The notes under the pieces are model-generated. The model had not been told where the DNA came from. It saw only the letters and a program-made list of their open reading frames with translations, and made no database searches. This document shows, one piece after another, positions 25,611 to 40,309 of a stretch of DNA of 64,000 nucleotides; within the stretch, counting starts at the first letter, position 1; every line of letters starts with the position of its first letter. The stretch spans positions 122,822,001 through 122,886,000 of the forward strand of contig OZ024740.1 in NCBI GenBank assembly GCA_964016885.1. Direction: 5' to 3'. The translations under genes were made by a program, and so were the position numbers. This DNA is from Eledone cirrhosa. Its lineage: Eukaryota.

Positions 25611-25843
25611 ATAATAAAACTAAATAACTATTCTGTTCTTGGCACGGGGCAGCGATTGTCCAAGCGCATTGCTGGTGCCCTGTTGTTTTTTTTTGGTTAT
25701 TTTTCTGGGGGCCCGGAGAATGTAGAGCCGTCCATTGCTCTTTGCTGTAAAGCAAACAATTATTATTATTGTTATATAAAAACTGAACTGGACTGGAAAA
25801 GTCAACAGTTGACATGGTTTTGATTTTGTATCAAAACTGACGG

Positions 25844-25910
<67 letters not shown>

Positions 25911-25914
<4 letters not shown>

Positions 25915-26328
25915 GGAGGTGAGTTTTATTGTAGTACAATAAAGCAATGCAGATATCGGATAAGAAGCACTCTACAGTTTGTAGGACTGGAGTATACATA
26001 ATATATAAGATCAAAAGATGGTTAAAAGAGTTCCATATATTTTATTATGCGCATTTTAAAAACAAATTTCATCATGCAATAACATTTGTGTTTTCATCAG
26101 ATAAAATAGGAAGACATGATATGAAGGTTAAAAAACACTTGTGAATAGTGCAGTTTAAATCAACATATATGTTGATTTAAAACTGCACTATTCACAAGTG
26201 TTTTTTAACCTTCATATCATGTCTTCCTATTTTATCTGATGAAAACACAAATGTTATTGCATGATGAAATTTGTTTTTAAAATGCGCATAATAAAATACA
26301 TGGAACTCTTTTAACCATCTTTTGATCT

Positions 26329-26338
<10 letters not shown>
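25911..26338. mobile_element. Short fold-back element: about 340-bp palindrome plus 87-nt unique tail, one hammerhead-like motif per arm
   Basis: Arms 25998-26167 and 26168-26338 are near-perfect reverse complements centred on caacatatatgttg; tattttat-CTGATGA...GAAA...TA-ataaaata at 26228-26298 (+) and 26038-26108 (-); (TA)n on both sides. Confidence 0.75.
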
Positions 26339-26382
<44 letters not shown>

Positions 26383-26529
26383 GTGTGTATGTGTTTGTGT
26401 GTGTGAGTGGTGTGAGTATTTGTATGCATGAATGTTGGTGTGTGAGTGACGTGTGTGTTTGTAGTTTGTATGCATGCGTATTGGTGTGTGAGTGTGTGTT
26501 TGCGTGTGCCGTGAGTGTCAAGAAGTGTT

Positions 26530-29500
26530 CTTATTTAAGACCATGCTGTAAAATGGAGGGGTAGAGAGGGTCCTTCAGTGTAGTAAGACATCCCCTCTAG
26601 TGCTGGTGGCGCTGGTGTTAGGAAGGGCATCCAACCAGTGTATCAATGCCAAAACTATTTATCAGCACAGCAACAAATAAGATAGGAACAACAAAATATG
26701 AATACGTCGCATCTCAGAGTTGCAACACTTAATGTTGCCACTCTCAGAGGGAGATCTGGTGAAATAGCAGAGATGCTGGAGAGATGGCATGTGGATGTGT
26801 GCTGCGAGCAAGAGATGAGATGGAGCGGTGCCTCTGTGAGACTAGTCGTAGGCAAATATCTTAGCTATAAGCTTTTCTGGGTAGGTAATGATGATGGGTT
26901 AGGGGGAGTAGGCATTTTTCTGGCTGAGAGATGGATCAATAAGACAATAGAGGTAGTTCGAGTTAGTGATCGAATAATTAAGCTTAGATTAGTTGTAGGC
27001 AGAAGACTACTGACAATCATCTCTGCCTATGCTCCACAACCAGGCCTAGGCAAAAAGAGACAGACTGTTTTTCGAGCAACTTTTACAAACAACCGCAATG
27101 ACAGAGGATGAGAACATAGTTATGCTAGCGAGGGACTTCATTGGTCATGTTGGACAGCTCCAGGATGGTTATACTGGGGTACATGGTGGGCACTGTTACG
27201 GCTCAAGAAATGAAGAAGGAGTGAGACGTCTTGAATTTTGTGATGCAAGTACACTGACTATTTGCAATACTAATATCCAGAAACCTGCCAACCACCTAAT
27301 AACCTACAAATCTGGCGAGCACATAAGCCAGATTGACTTCTTACTAGTTAGGCATAGGGACAGGCAGATAGTGTCTAATACCAAGGCATACCCTGGGGAA
27401 GAATGTACCCCACTGCATAGGTTAGTCGTTAGTGATATCTCAGTAAGCAAGAGATGGAATGAGACATACAGGATGGTGTGGAGAAAAAGGTCTGGAAGCT
27501 AAAAGACCTTTCACTAAAATACAAATTTAGGAAAGACCTTCAAGATGTGTATGACGAAAAAGAAGACGATTTAGAGACGTATGACATAGATAATAACTGG
27601 AATTTCTTACGTGACAACATACTGCAGGCTACTGATGAAACTTGTGGCTGGAGCAGAGCTCCAACAAGACAGAGTGATCTGGTGGTGGAACTGCACAGTA
27701 GATAAGACAATTAGAGACAACAGACTAGCATGGAAGGCTTGGAAAAAGGGTGTGGGTATGGAAGGATATACAGCCACTAAGAGAGAAGTTAGACGTCAGG
27801 TGTACTTATCACGCAGGGAGGCTGAGAGTAGGAGGTTTGCCAGTGTTCTGCGACGGGAAGATCAGAGGCGTGCGGTGTTCCACATTGCAAGGCAGTGTGC
27901 CAATGTTAATCAGGATGTTGTTGGAGATAAATGTGTCCAGAATGATGCCGGTGTAATTAGTGTCACGAATGATCAGAAAAAGGGGGCTTGGAAATGTCAT
28001 TGAGACACTGATGAATGTGGAGAACAAATGGGAGAGAGAGAAACTACCCTCAGTAGATCCGACAGAGTGACCAGCTATTGAGATTGACGAATACAGGGTC
28101 CAAGAGGCGATTAAGGAAATGAAAAATGGTAAGGCTGCTGGACCATCAGGGATAGTTGCTGAGATGTTGAAGGCATCAGGGGACGTAGGCACTAAACTGG
28201 TTGCGCGCATCATCAATCAGGCTATATATGGTGGTGTCATACCCAAAGATTGGTGCAGCAGTATTCTCATAAATTGTTCCAGAGGTAAAGGGGATGCTCT
28301 GGAGGAGCAATTATAGGGGTATAAAACTGATGGATCAGGTTATGAAAGTGGTAGAAAGGATATTAGCACAACTAATTAGAGAAAGGGTCAAACTAGATGA
28401 GATGCAGTTTGGTTTTGTGCCTGGGAAGAGTACAACATATGCCCTCTTCTTGGTGAGACAATTACAAGAGAGGTTCTTACAGAAGAATAAGCCACTATAC
28501 TTAGCGTTTGTTGAACTAGAGAAGGCCTTTGATAGGGTACCCCGATCTGTCATCTGGTGGTCTCTAAGGAAACTAGGTTTTGAGGAATGGCTTGTGAAGA
28601 CAGTGCAAACTTTGTACAGTAAAGTCAGAGTAGGAATGGAGTTTAGTGAGGAATTCCAGATGCAAGTAGGAGTACATCAAGTTTCGGACCTCAGCCTGCT
28701 CTTGTTCATTATAGACCTCCAAGCCATAACAGAGGAGTTTAAGACTGGCTGTCCCTGGGAACTTCTGAATGCTGATGATCTGGTTCTTATAGCAGAATCA
28801 GTAGAGGAGCTAGAGAATAAATTCTGGCTATGGAAACAGCAGTTGGAAGCAAGGGGACTGAGAGTGAACCTAGCTAAGACAAAAGTGTTGATGAGTAGAA
28901 AAGAGGACAAAACTCTGATTCCGTCAGGTAAATGGCTATGTTTGATATGCAGAGAAGGAACTGGCATAAATTCTATAAAATGCACACAATGCAGATCCTG
29001 GGTACACAAGAGATGTAGCGGGATAGCAGGCAAACTAACAGGTAGGGAGAAATACGTATGCAGTAGATGTACAGGGAAATTAGACAGTAGAAGTCTCATT
29101 GATAGACACCTTTTATAAATGCAAGCAGGTGCTATAGAAGTGGTGGATAGCTTCCGGTACCTAGGAGATCAGATTAGCATGGGAGGGGGTGTCCCGAGGC
29201 CATAGTATCTAGAATAAGGACGGGTTGGAAGAAGTTTAGGGAGCTGCTTCCTCTGCTGACGAAGAAGAGTTTTGTCCTTGCGTACGAAAGGCCGGTTATA
29301 TGATGCCTGTGTGAGGAGCGCGATGCTGCATGGTAGTGAGACATGGGCAGCAACTGCAGAGGATATGCCACGACTGGAGAGAAATGAGGCAAGCATGCCC
29401 CGTTGGATGTACAGTGTCAATGTGCGTGAACAGCCCAGTATGAATGTGTAGACAGAGAAACTGTGTCTGAGAGGGATAGAATGTAGTGTGCAAGAGAGGA

Positions 29501-29742
29501 GACTAAGGGGGTATGGACATGTGATGCGCTTGGAGGATGACCGATGGGGAAGAAATGCCAGTTGAAGGAAGTCGTGGTAGAGGTAGACCACAAAAAACAT
29601 GGCGGAGGTGGTGAGAACAGACCTCAGATCGCTGTAGCTCACAGTGGAGATGACGAAGGACCATGACAAGTGGAGAGATGCTGTGCTGAATAAGATCCGT
29701 CCCACCCTTGCAAGCAGTGAAAAGTGGACGTAAAATGATGAG
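26530..29742 (+). mobile_element. Near full-length, decayed RTE-clade LINE (APE and RT), second family
   Basis: APE motifs LRVATLNVATLRG, CCEQEMRW, ISAYAPQ, SQIDFLL; RT motifs GKAAGPSG, QFGFVPG, ELEKAFDRVP, NADDLVL; ends gtggacgtaaaatgatgag; many stops and frameshifts; 5' boundary approximate. Confidence 0.9.
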
Positions 29743-30221
29743 GATATATATATAGGCTTAAACATAAGAATAAGAACAAGTAGAAAGCAAGAACTGTGGG
29801 TGGAGTTTTCCGCATCAGTTGTCTACTGGGGTTCTTGGATATTTCAACACTTTAAAGACAATATATCTACCCAAAGAGTGTTCCCTAACTGGGTAAGTTA
29901 TTTGAAAAACGGAGGAGCGAGGGAAGGGGGGGGGGAGAAAAGAGTAAAACAGCAAAAAACAAACAGACAAACCAAAGAATTTGCGAGCAATGTTCAGTGG
30001 CTGAACATAAGTTCTAGAGTGTGTGAATGAATGAAAAGACACGTCTGCTCCCAGCGAGTGTAAGTGAGAAAAGAACTGCTAGAGAGTCAGTCAAGGGAAA
30101 CAATGAGGAGGCTAGCAGAGAGAGAGTTTCATTAGCCTTGAACTTTTTTCTCATATCATGCAAACAATGTAGCAAACATTTGCTGTTCATCATGAATATT
30201 CGCATAAATTACACATTTGTG

Positions 30222-30560
30222 AAGGCGCATGGCTCAGTGGTTAGAGCATTAAGTTTGCAATCGAATGGTTGTGAGTTCAATTCTCAGATCAGGTGATGCG
30301 TTGTGTTCTTGAGCAAGACACTTATTTCACATTGCTCCAGTTTACACAGCTGTAGAAATGAGCTGCGACGTCATAGATACCAAGCTCTATCGACCATAGC
30401 CTTTCTCTTAGACATCATTGGTGGCGTGGAGAGGGGGGGGCTGGTATGCATGGGCAACTGCTGGTCTTCCACAAACAATCTTGCATGGACTTGTGCCTCG
30501 GAGGTAAACTTTCTAGGTGCTAATACCATGGTAATTCGTGACCAAAGGAGGTCTTCAATA
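30222..30560 (+). mobile_element. tRNA-derived SINE (family B)
   Basis: A-box tggctcagtgg, B-box gagttcaattc, then gtgttcttgagcaagacac; a related diverged 5' part lies at about 46167-46290. Confidence 0.7.
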
Positions 30561-30689
30561 TTCATGTGTACTTTTATAAAAATATATTCTCTGCATAAGT
30601 ATTTTTCCTAAAATACATGCATTTGGGGCAGTATGGTCATTAGCCTAATGTAGATTCTGAGAACATGGATATTCATCATTGGTTTAATG

Positions 30690-31325
30690 CCTGCTTTTAC
30701 ATGTCTGCCTTTCATTTTGAAGGAAAAGCATTTTGCAGCTAGCAGTGGCAGTAGATAGCTGAACTTCTTCCATCCTGTTCTTACCCTAGTTATTTTACTT
30801 TCCGAACACCCACTTCCGCTGCTAATTCGGTCACCTACCTAGCAGAAGCTGTCTACTGTTTCTATAGAGCCCTCCCAGATTTTGGTGGTGCTTGTTTCCA
30901 GTGGTAGTTTGCTGCTTGCTGTCCCAGCGCAGTTGCTACATATGAAGCCTACATTCTTAGTTAAACTTCCTGAGATCCCACTACATCTCTTGTGTACCCA
31001 TTGTTTGCATTTGGGGCAGAGGATGGAGTTCCTACATACTGAGCAAGGCCATTTTTCTGAAGGAATCTTGGTTCTGTTTTCTCGTCTACTTACAAAAACC
31101 TTAGTCTTTGTAAGGTTTACTTTGAGCCCCTTTCATTCTAGTCCCTGCTTCCATGTTTGAAATTTCTTCTCCAGTTCCACCATGGCTTCAGCTATAAGTG
31201 CGAGATCATCCGCATACAGGAGTTCCCATGGGCATCCGGTCTTAAACTCCTCCATTACTGCCTGTAAAACTATAATGAACAGGAGAGGGCTAAGAACAGA
31301 GCCATGGTGGACACCGACCTATATG
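30690..31325 (-). mobile_element. RTE LINE internal RT fragment
   Basis: Close match to about 1685-2325. Confidence 0.88.
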
Positions 31326-31334
31326 CTAGATATA

Positions 31335-31707
31335 CAAGGGCAATCCCAAAAGTAAGGTATCCAAAACGATGGGGACACAAAGAAAGTGTTTGTACAGCTG
31401 TTGGCAACACGGTTGTGATTGGTGCTTCCTTCACTCCCAAATAAGCATGCGCACACTTCGCTGGGATGCTCAATGTTGGCTTGGCAGCCGTTGAGAATTG
31501 AGCTCTCATTGAACGCTACCGCCAAGTGCGAATTTCGCAATCCCAAATGTAAGGTCTCCTTCCGAGGAAAACATGCGTAAAGATCGGCGGATCATTCTGG
31601 ATGCTCTCTGCATTTTGGTTCCTGAGGTTTCTCGAAGCACCATCCATAGGATTTTAATGGAAAAGTTGCAATATCGGAAGGAGACCTTACTTTTGGGATT
31701 GCCCTCG
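31335..31707 (+). mobile_element. Internally deleted mariner-type DNA transposon
   Basis: TA|caagggcaatcccaaaagtaaggt ... accttacttttgggattgccctcg|TA terminal inverted repeats; transposase HTH remnant DRRIILDALCILVPEVSRSTIHRILMEKLQYRK. Confidence 0.85.
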
Positions 31708-32546
31708 TATATATATATATATATATTGTGGCACAAACTTGGTATAAATATCCAAGAGTTTGTGCCTAGGATGAGTTACGTATAATCAGTTACAACAGTG
31801 ACATATACAGGTACTCAAATTTCGTTGGGTTATTTATTCCAACTCATTCACCCTGCCAGATTGGTGTAACGTCTTCAAATACTCTAATAAGGCTAAATTT
31901 ACACAATTTGATATAGCTGATTTTACCCTTCAATAGCCATAACCTTACACGAGATTCAACAGCCATCCAGTTGTGAATGGTTGTATATATGTTGTATATA
32001 TGTTGTATATATGTTGTAGGAGGGTGGCTTGTGTGCTCTTTTCATTTGATGGGCTATACTGGCAGGAGTTTAAATCCTGGGAAATCCAACTATGCCAGAT
32101 ATCTCAAAGTGTAGGAGACAGATTGAACCTTAATCGCTAGAGGAATTAACCTCACTGAAAAAAAGAAGAAATTATACAAGAGGGTGGTCGACTGTATGTT
32201 GGATGTGTGAAATCAGTTAAAGAACAAAAGTTAAGTCAATGGTGATATATGTTTGATGTTGCAGTATATCATGTCCACTGTCAGGATGAACGGTTTTCCT
32301 TATGTGAAAGTCTGCATCTTGCATTGTTGATTATCTCCAGTTGTATATCAATGGACAATATGCATAGAAATGTAACAATAATCATATATTAATGAAATAC
32401 ACAGTTGGAAAGATAGCAATTTGGTTTTTACTGAGTAAATATTAAATTAGAAGATATAGACTGAGGATTTAGAAATGAATTTCCATATATAGCGTTTTGA
32501 ATGACATTTGGAAAATAATTAAATGCAGTCTAACAGAAGGTTTTGT

Positions 32547-32722
32547 AGGCATCGGTAGAGGGTCGGACGCCATGCTTTCCAGCATAGTTACGTCCCTTTA
32601 CGATCTGAGTTCAAATCCCGCCGAGGTTGACTTTGCCTTTCATCCTTACGGGGTCGATAAAATAAAGTACCAGTAATGCACTGGGTAATTGCTGGCCTTG
32701 TGCCTAAAGTAGAAACAATTAT
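32547..32722 (+). mobile_element. tRNA-derived SINE (family A)
   Basis: ggcatcggtagagggtcggacgcc...gagttcaaatcccgccgagg...ccttgtgcctaaagtagaaacaattat. Confidence 0.82.
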
Positions 32723-34810
32723 CTTAAAATGATAAAATTATAGAATTATTTTAAATTCTGACAAATGAAGAAATGATGTTGGTTTCAAACAAGATATGAA
32801 AACGATGCTGCCTAATGTGATATATGTGTGCATTATTGTGTATCCCAGATACTTGCAATTCCTTGTACTGAAATCCTATTGCTTCTCAGCCATGATACTT
32901 GAAACATCAATGACTCAAATCTGTAGTGAATTGATTGTGTCTATCCCTCCCCATCTCTATTTCTTTCTGTGCTTGATTCTTTTTCTTTATTTTTCTTCTC
33001 TTCATTTCTGTTTTTGTTCCCTTTAATAGTGTGTTCTGTTTTTTTATAAACAGCTTCATAAAAATAAAATCTCTCTCTTCATAAAAAAAATATTAGGAAC
33101 AGGCAATATGTTTTTTATTTTTAAAATGTTGGTGACTGAGCTCATATTATTGGAATGATATTTCTTCCATTGGACACATCTGCATCCACACACAAACTAT
33201 CAATGAATATGTGTTATTAAGCAATCGCATACAAATTCTTTAGAACTAAATAATAGGCTTGCTTGTGCTGATACTTTTATTGAAATGTGTTTGCTCAAGT
33301 ATCCTAAGTAGGAAGTGTGGTTGTTAAAATCCACCTTGAATCTCTCTTCTACTATACCTCTATATAGACTTAGACAATCTCACTTCTACTTTTTATATAT
33401 AATGGTTTTTGATTTAGGCACAAGGCCAACAATTTTGGAGGAAGCAAAGGTCGATTAAATTGACCCCAGTGCATTACAGAAACTTTAATTTATCAACTCG
33501 GTAAGGATGAAAGACAAAGCTAACTTTAGTGTGATTTGTACTCAGAACGTCAAGGGAGATAGGAAGGCTTTTCATGTCAAATGTAAATCTAAAGCTAACA
33601 TTAACATTATAGCTGTTGAACAGTTTTATATGTTTATGGATAATGAGGAAGTGCTTATCTATCAATCCTATGAATGTCTTATCTATATTACCCTGGACAT
33701 ATAGCTTGTGTGTGTAAGGTAGTGGACGAGATGACATTCCTTTGCATTTGGAATGTTAACACCAGTGCTTCATTAATATTATTCAAGCCAAGTTCAACTC
33801 AGCAGAATTTAAACTCAGAATGTAAATTTGTGTAACTAAATATCACATGGCTCTAACAATTCTGTTAATCCACCAAATAGTGCTTTTAAATTTCGGTACA
33901 AAATCAGTAATATTGGGGGGGGGGGGGTAAATATGTCAGCTCCAGTACTTCACTGGTATGCTATTTTATCCAAGAAGGATGAATGTCAAAATTGACCTCG
34001 GAAGGATTTGACCTTAAAATGTAAAGGACTGGAACAAATACCATAAGACACTTCATTCAATGTTCCACCAATTCCACTAATCTATAGAGTTTGAAGGTTT
34101 CTAATTTAGGCAAATGGACAGCAATTTGAGGAGAGTGAGGAAGTTGATTGCATCTACTCCAGTCAGTACCTTACTATGAAAAACAAAGTTTACTTCTTCA
34201 CGATTTAAACTTAGAATGTAAAGACCTAAAACAAATGCTAAAACAATTCTGTTGTTAATCTACCAAAGAATAATAATAATTATTATTAATCTCTCAGGCC
34301 ATTTAGAACGAAGTCTACAGACGAACTCAAGAATGATTGGTTAATGTGGAGATAAATGAAGCACATTTGTAAATTTACTGAAATTTGGTCACACACAAAA
34401 ATTTCCTTTTATTATTTCAACTTGAATAAACATCAGTTAATTTTTGAGTTATTCTTGTTATTTCAGTTGGTGTTTTGCCAGTTTATCAATTTAGTTTATT
34501 GAATGAAAACCCATTTCGTATTTAAATCAAATGTTGGAAGATTTCTTCCATGCTTAGAATGCATTAAAAATGACATTCAGTTTTCTGTTTCTTTTCCTAT
34601 TACTGGGGAAATATTTGATATAATATAACACACGTTTAAATTATGACTGTATGTGTTTGTATGTAAATGTTTGTGCATGCATGTGTACATATGAGAATGA
34701 AATTTTGTTAATTCTTGTGCCTATATATCTGCATCTACTGGGATCTGTTTGAATATACAAAGTCTCTCTCTCTTTTTCTCCATCTCTCACCCTCCCTCTC
34801 TCTCTATCTG

Positions 34811-34845
<35 letters not shown>

Positions 34846-34902
34846 TTGTAAGTCGAATTTGCTTGCACACTGCTAAAGATTCGATTTTACTAAGCCTCCA
34901 AT

Positions 34903-34966
<64 letters not shown>

Positions 34967-35139
34967 TGTGTATGTGTTTGTGTATAGCTCCAAAACAACC
35001 AGGTGGAATACTATATACACGTATATATATATATATATATATATATCATATGTATATATATATCATATGTATATAATTGTATCCACATAGAAATTCATAT
35101 ACTTCCCTATATGTATGTATAATACATAAATATCAATGT

Positions 35140-35171
<32 letters not shown>

Positions 35172-35419
35172 GATGAATGAACATATACATAAAATTAAAC
35201 ATAAACACCTTACATTGTATAGAGAAGGGTCTATACAAACATGATAATATTTTAGATTTATGATATTCTAAAAATAGTGATATCACATTCTTCGTAAGCT
35301 TATTTCCAATTAAGACCATAAAATTATGAGTTATGTACAATGTTTGACAACTAACACTGTAAATTATAAAAAAAATAATAATACAAACAATCAGAAAATA
35401 TAAATTAGGCATAAATCTT

Positions 35420-35467
<48 letters not shown>

Positions 35468-35476
35468 AATGTGTGA

Positions 35477-35508
<32 letters not shown>

Positions 35509-36041
35509 GCATGAATAACTATGTAAAAATACTTATAAATATTTATGTCTCACTTTCTTTCTCTCTCTCATTGTATGTTTATATATACATATATATAAAG
35601 TTTTACGTGGTAGTAGAAGGTTCTTAGATGCTAGCTCTCCTGTAAATAATGTAATTCATGTAGTATTTATATTTGGGCAGCATAACCTTCAAAATAATTT
35701 CCATGGATCCATACACAGTGATCTCAGCATATCTTACTTGCTTCAAATGTCCTCTTCTTTTAGGTCATCCATACTCTCAATATTTCTATTTGAATGTCAT
35801 CTACTCTCCCAAGAGCTTCAATCTCATTATCTGAAAGACAGTATTTACATTGAAATATGACAGGTTATTAAAGGAGTGGGAACAAACAACATATTTTTCT
35901 TTGTACAATTGTGTACAAATGTATTTAAGGATGAAACTGTTGTAATTTGTAATAGCCTATATAAATAGAGCAGGAAGTTGATGCAGGATAAGGAGAATGT
36001 ATTGCATGTTGATAACAAAGCTCTCTCTTATGAAGAACTTA

Positions 36042-36199
36042 CCATATATCCAGGCGTCGAAGATGCTAATTTTTTCCTAAAATAAGTCTCAAAAATCTAC
36101 CATGCGTCCTGGTTGTTTATTATTTTTTTTCAAATTTTTGGTTGTCAAAATTAGGGTGCCTCCTTGCAGACGAAGTGTCTTCAGCACCAGGAAATATGG
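36042..36199. mobile_element. Degenerate Tc1/mariner-superfamily MITE
   Basis: TA|ccatatatccaggcgtcgaagatgc ... gtgtcttcagcaccaggaaatatgg|TA imperfect inverted ends. Confidence 0.45.
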
Positions 36200-36599
36200 T
36201 AGTTTGACTAAGAATTGAAGAAAACAGTCAGTTTTAACAACAGGGATATTATCATAGCTCTTAGTGAAATATGTTGTACTTTAGTGTGGCTTTCAGATAA
36301 CAAGCCACATTTTGAATGAAGCATGACATTTAAAAGCTCTGTAACAGTAACACTAAAGTGTTATAGAAACTAATTTGAGGTTTATAAGAAGAGAGTAAAT
36401 CAAACAACCCCTGGTGCACTTTTTACACAAATCAAAATTGAAATAATTTCATGGAACTTTCATTTTGTTGATTGAAATATTAGTGTTCTGAATAAATATA
36501 AGAATAGAATTAATAACAAAAATGATGCAAGCTTTGAAAAAAGTGACCTACTGGAAAAACTGCCACGAAGCAAGCTAAAAACATCAAACAAAAAACAAG

Positions 36600-37120
36600 G
36601 CCAATTAGTAAAAGTGGTGGGTATAAAACCTTTACCTGAAGAGTATGTACCTCAAAGCAAAGATGCTGGATTAATGCTGAGACAGAAGGATTTGTACTAG
36701 CAGCACAAATCCAAAACTTGCTTACAAGAAAATAATAATTATCATCATCATCATCATCGTTTTTACATCCGCTTTTCCATGCTCCCACAAGTTGGATGGG
36801 TTCTTTTCAGCACTACGTTTTTAAAAATGATGCTAGCCAAAAATGCAGATTCTGCAACTGATGCAATGAAACAATAAACCATCTTAGTTTAGGATTCCTA
36901 GTACTATCTCCAAATAAATATAAGAATGACCATGACAGAATAAGCCAATACATACACACGAAGCACTGCAAAGTAAAAACAGAAAACAACCTGTATGAAC
37001 GCCACCCAAAAGCAGTTATGGAAGAAGATAATGTCACAATATTTTGAAGTGTTCCAGTTACCACAAACAATTAATGAAAATAGACTAGCTATCATCATCA
37101 TCAACAAGAAAGATAAAATC
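36600..37120 (+). mobile_element. Highly decayed R4/Dong-type LINE 3' fragment
   Basis: AETEGFVLAAQ..NLLTRK and KCRFCN..ETINHL remnants similar to 52326-53090, interrupted by a (CAT)n RTE-type tail. Confidence 0.55.
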
Positions 37121-40100
37121 TAAAAATTAATGAAAAACAGGTTAATAATTGTTTCTACATTAGGCACAAGGTCAGCAATTACTTAGTACATTACTGGTAC
37201 ATTATTATATCGGCCGCGTAAGGATAAAAGGCAAAGTTAACTTCGACAGATAATAATATGTCAATAAAAGAATTTGAAAAACTAACCAAATATAAATACT
37301 GAGGGAAAAGAGACTGAAAAGATGTGACACCTGAAATGAGTAATGGGAAATAATAGAATATCAACAGATATTGTGTTTGTGTGCATCGGTCATGTGCGTG
37401 TGTGTGCAACAAAGATGGTTGTTGGCAGAGATACTTAATATGAATATAATGTATGGGAGGGCTCAAAATGTAGATATTATACTCCCCACCTATCACCACA
37501 AACACAATATATTTACATGTTTCTCCATGCTTGCTTGTGTGGGGCAGATCTTCCCCAGGAAAACAGCTTTGCTTGTGTTTCTGGAGGTTTTGTTAGATCA
37601 CTGTAAAGAAAGAAAGACTAACTAATTCTGGACTAAACTGTTTGAGGGAAGTGGAAAAGATTAAATCAGAACTGGTGGTTATGTTACATTAGAATGATTG
37701 TGTGTGTATCTGTAGTTGGCAGACACATATGCAATTAAATGCAAGGCAAATATAAACAGTGTGTAGGCAAACCTTTATTTCACCTTAGGAAGAGGAGCCA
37801 ATACGATAGAAATATGCTATATTGCAAAAGAGTAGCACTTACTAATAAGTAATTTTTAACATCAAAATGCTTTTACACATTTCATGAAAACAGGAGACAC
37901 ACAATGGATGATTATAAAGTTCAGTGTTCTGAAAAGCATTATAGACAGAAGTGAAACAGTTATAATTTGAAATAATTATCATGTTGCACCATTAATCTGT
38001 TGAAACCTTAGCATTGCACAATAATTCTCAACACAATAATGTTAGAGCAATATCATAATAGACTTAAGGGATAAGATTTGTCACAGAGTGTAAAAGGGAT
38101 AATGTGTTATTCTTGTATTTTCCAAGAGTATTATTAATACGTTAAGCAATTCTTGCTAAAACTCAAAACGAAAACATAAAATTACTTTGTAGGTATTATA
38201 TTATTGCAATAAAAAGATATATCTATATATTATATACTTGTGTGTGTTTGTGTGTGTGTGCTCAACCTCCATTGGTTTCAACGATGAGTGTTCCAGTTAT
38301 GTGATCAATAAAATAGCAAGCACATGGAATTAACATGTAGATGGCTGAGCATTCGAAGTCACATATAACCATAATGTAATTCTCAGGGAGATTTAGCATG
38401 ACACCGTGTGTTACAAGGTAGGTCCTTTGGTTTAAAGGTACAATATATTTGTCAATTGAATGAACTGGAGAATTATGATGTAGAGCCACAATGAATCTAA
38501 CTCATGGCCTTATGAGTGTAATCTGTAGAAAGGATGCGTTTAGAACTGGGTGGGGAAGAGATTTTAGGATATGGTATCCTCCTCTACTCAAATTAAAATA
38601 TACACCACATTTCCAAATTTACATATCAATGTCGACTTCGTGCATGTCACTTACATATATTCCTGTGCAAGACCATGCACATATTATCATGCCACCATCA
38701 CTAGAGGAATTATCATGTCTTTGATACTGCTGCAGTATCCCCCTGATCCTTTGTTTGGCAGTTTTTCTTTTGCTGGAGGCTCTTCATTGTAACAATTATT
38801 GTAATATTTAAGATTTACAAACCAAGAAAAATGGGGTAAACGTACACATTCAATTGCGCACTACAGCCATAAAACCTTTTGGAATCAAGCCAAAATAGAC
38901 ACAGAATTACTATGGGTCATACTGTGACTAAGGGATGAAATAAACTAATCACTCTCACATGCATCATCTAATACTTAATTAAAATGAGCTGCCATTGATG
39001 AAAAACTTAATTTCCATTGGTCCAGTTACCCGGAACATTTGAATGTCAAATCGTGATAAATATTGTTTACCAAAAAAATCACGGTACTTCAACAGTTTAT
39101 TCACCATGTCTAAAAGAGCATCTAGGATGTCACTAATAGTGGTGTTTCATATAAGCCATTCATCTATAACACATATGCAATGAGTAAATCCATTGAGCCT
39201 CCTTTCATCAACATATAAAGTTTCTGCTTATCAATAGTTTATATCGAAGATGTACAAACATGTCCTATATAAGTGGTTGTGTTGGTGCCATGACTAAAGG
39301 TACCCAGTTAACATTGAAAAGCGCTTATTTTTGTGCCAAAATAAAAAGCAGCCAATCCAAACTGTAAATGTTGCTGGCATTAGAAAGGGCATCCAGCTGT
39401 AGAACCAAGCTAGAAACACTGGTTCCGTATGTGCAAGACATGGTTATCTGATCTGACTTGTCTCACGAGACAACTCATTTAATCCATGCTAGGATGGAAA
39501 ATTGATTTTAATCAATGAGGATAATGATGATGATATCTATACTAAATTTAAGTTTAATCAATATATATATAACATATATATATCAATTATGTTTCTCGAT
39601 AAAGATACTATGGTCTGTATTTCCATGTTGAAGTAAGTATATTTACTGCCATATTAATTATTCTGTATATATGTACAATATACTAGTAGTTTCTCAATTG
39701 GTATGTAACTTGTTATATATATATATTTGTAGGTGAATATATGACATTCTAAGTTGTAGACCTTAGTTTCATAAGGTTATATATAGGCTGTGTGATTTTT
39801 TCTAATATTTTCTAAAAATTAAAATTTAAAACTGAGAATATTGTATACCCCAAAGCATTGCAATAGTCAGTGGGAAATGTTACTGATTAAAAAATAATTC
39901 ATTTAGAGTAATTGTGTAAATTAGTACTGTATTTTGAAAACACACCATGCCTTTCCCAGCACTAAAAAAAGTATATAAGATTAAAACTTTATTTTAGGTT
40001 ATATATTTGTTTGTTTATGTTTTGTAAATTTTTATGAAGTACAACTTGTACCATCTGATTTCCTTACATACACACACAAATATGATATATATATATATAG

Positions 40101-40309
40101 ATATGTATATATATATATATAAAACCATGTGTATCCAGGTTGGAAGAGGTACAACATATGCCTAGTATTTTATAAGAAGTTACTAACAGTGTTTGTATCA
40201 GGAAAAGCATCCAACTGTAAAACATTGCCTCAAAAGTCCTGTTTTATTCATGCATAAGTCAATGTAAAAACGATGATGATTATATATATATAAAACTTAA
40301 CTTTGATAG

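Noticed and set aside
35738-35830. Possible minus-strand exon (ttcag|...|gtaaga)
   Set aside because: Stops in all three frames and no partner exons identifiable; needs RNA-seq
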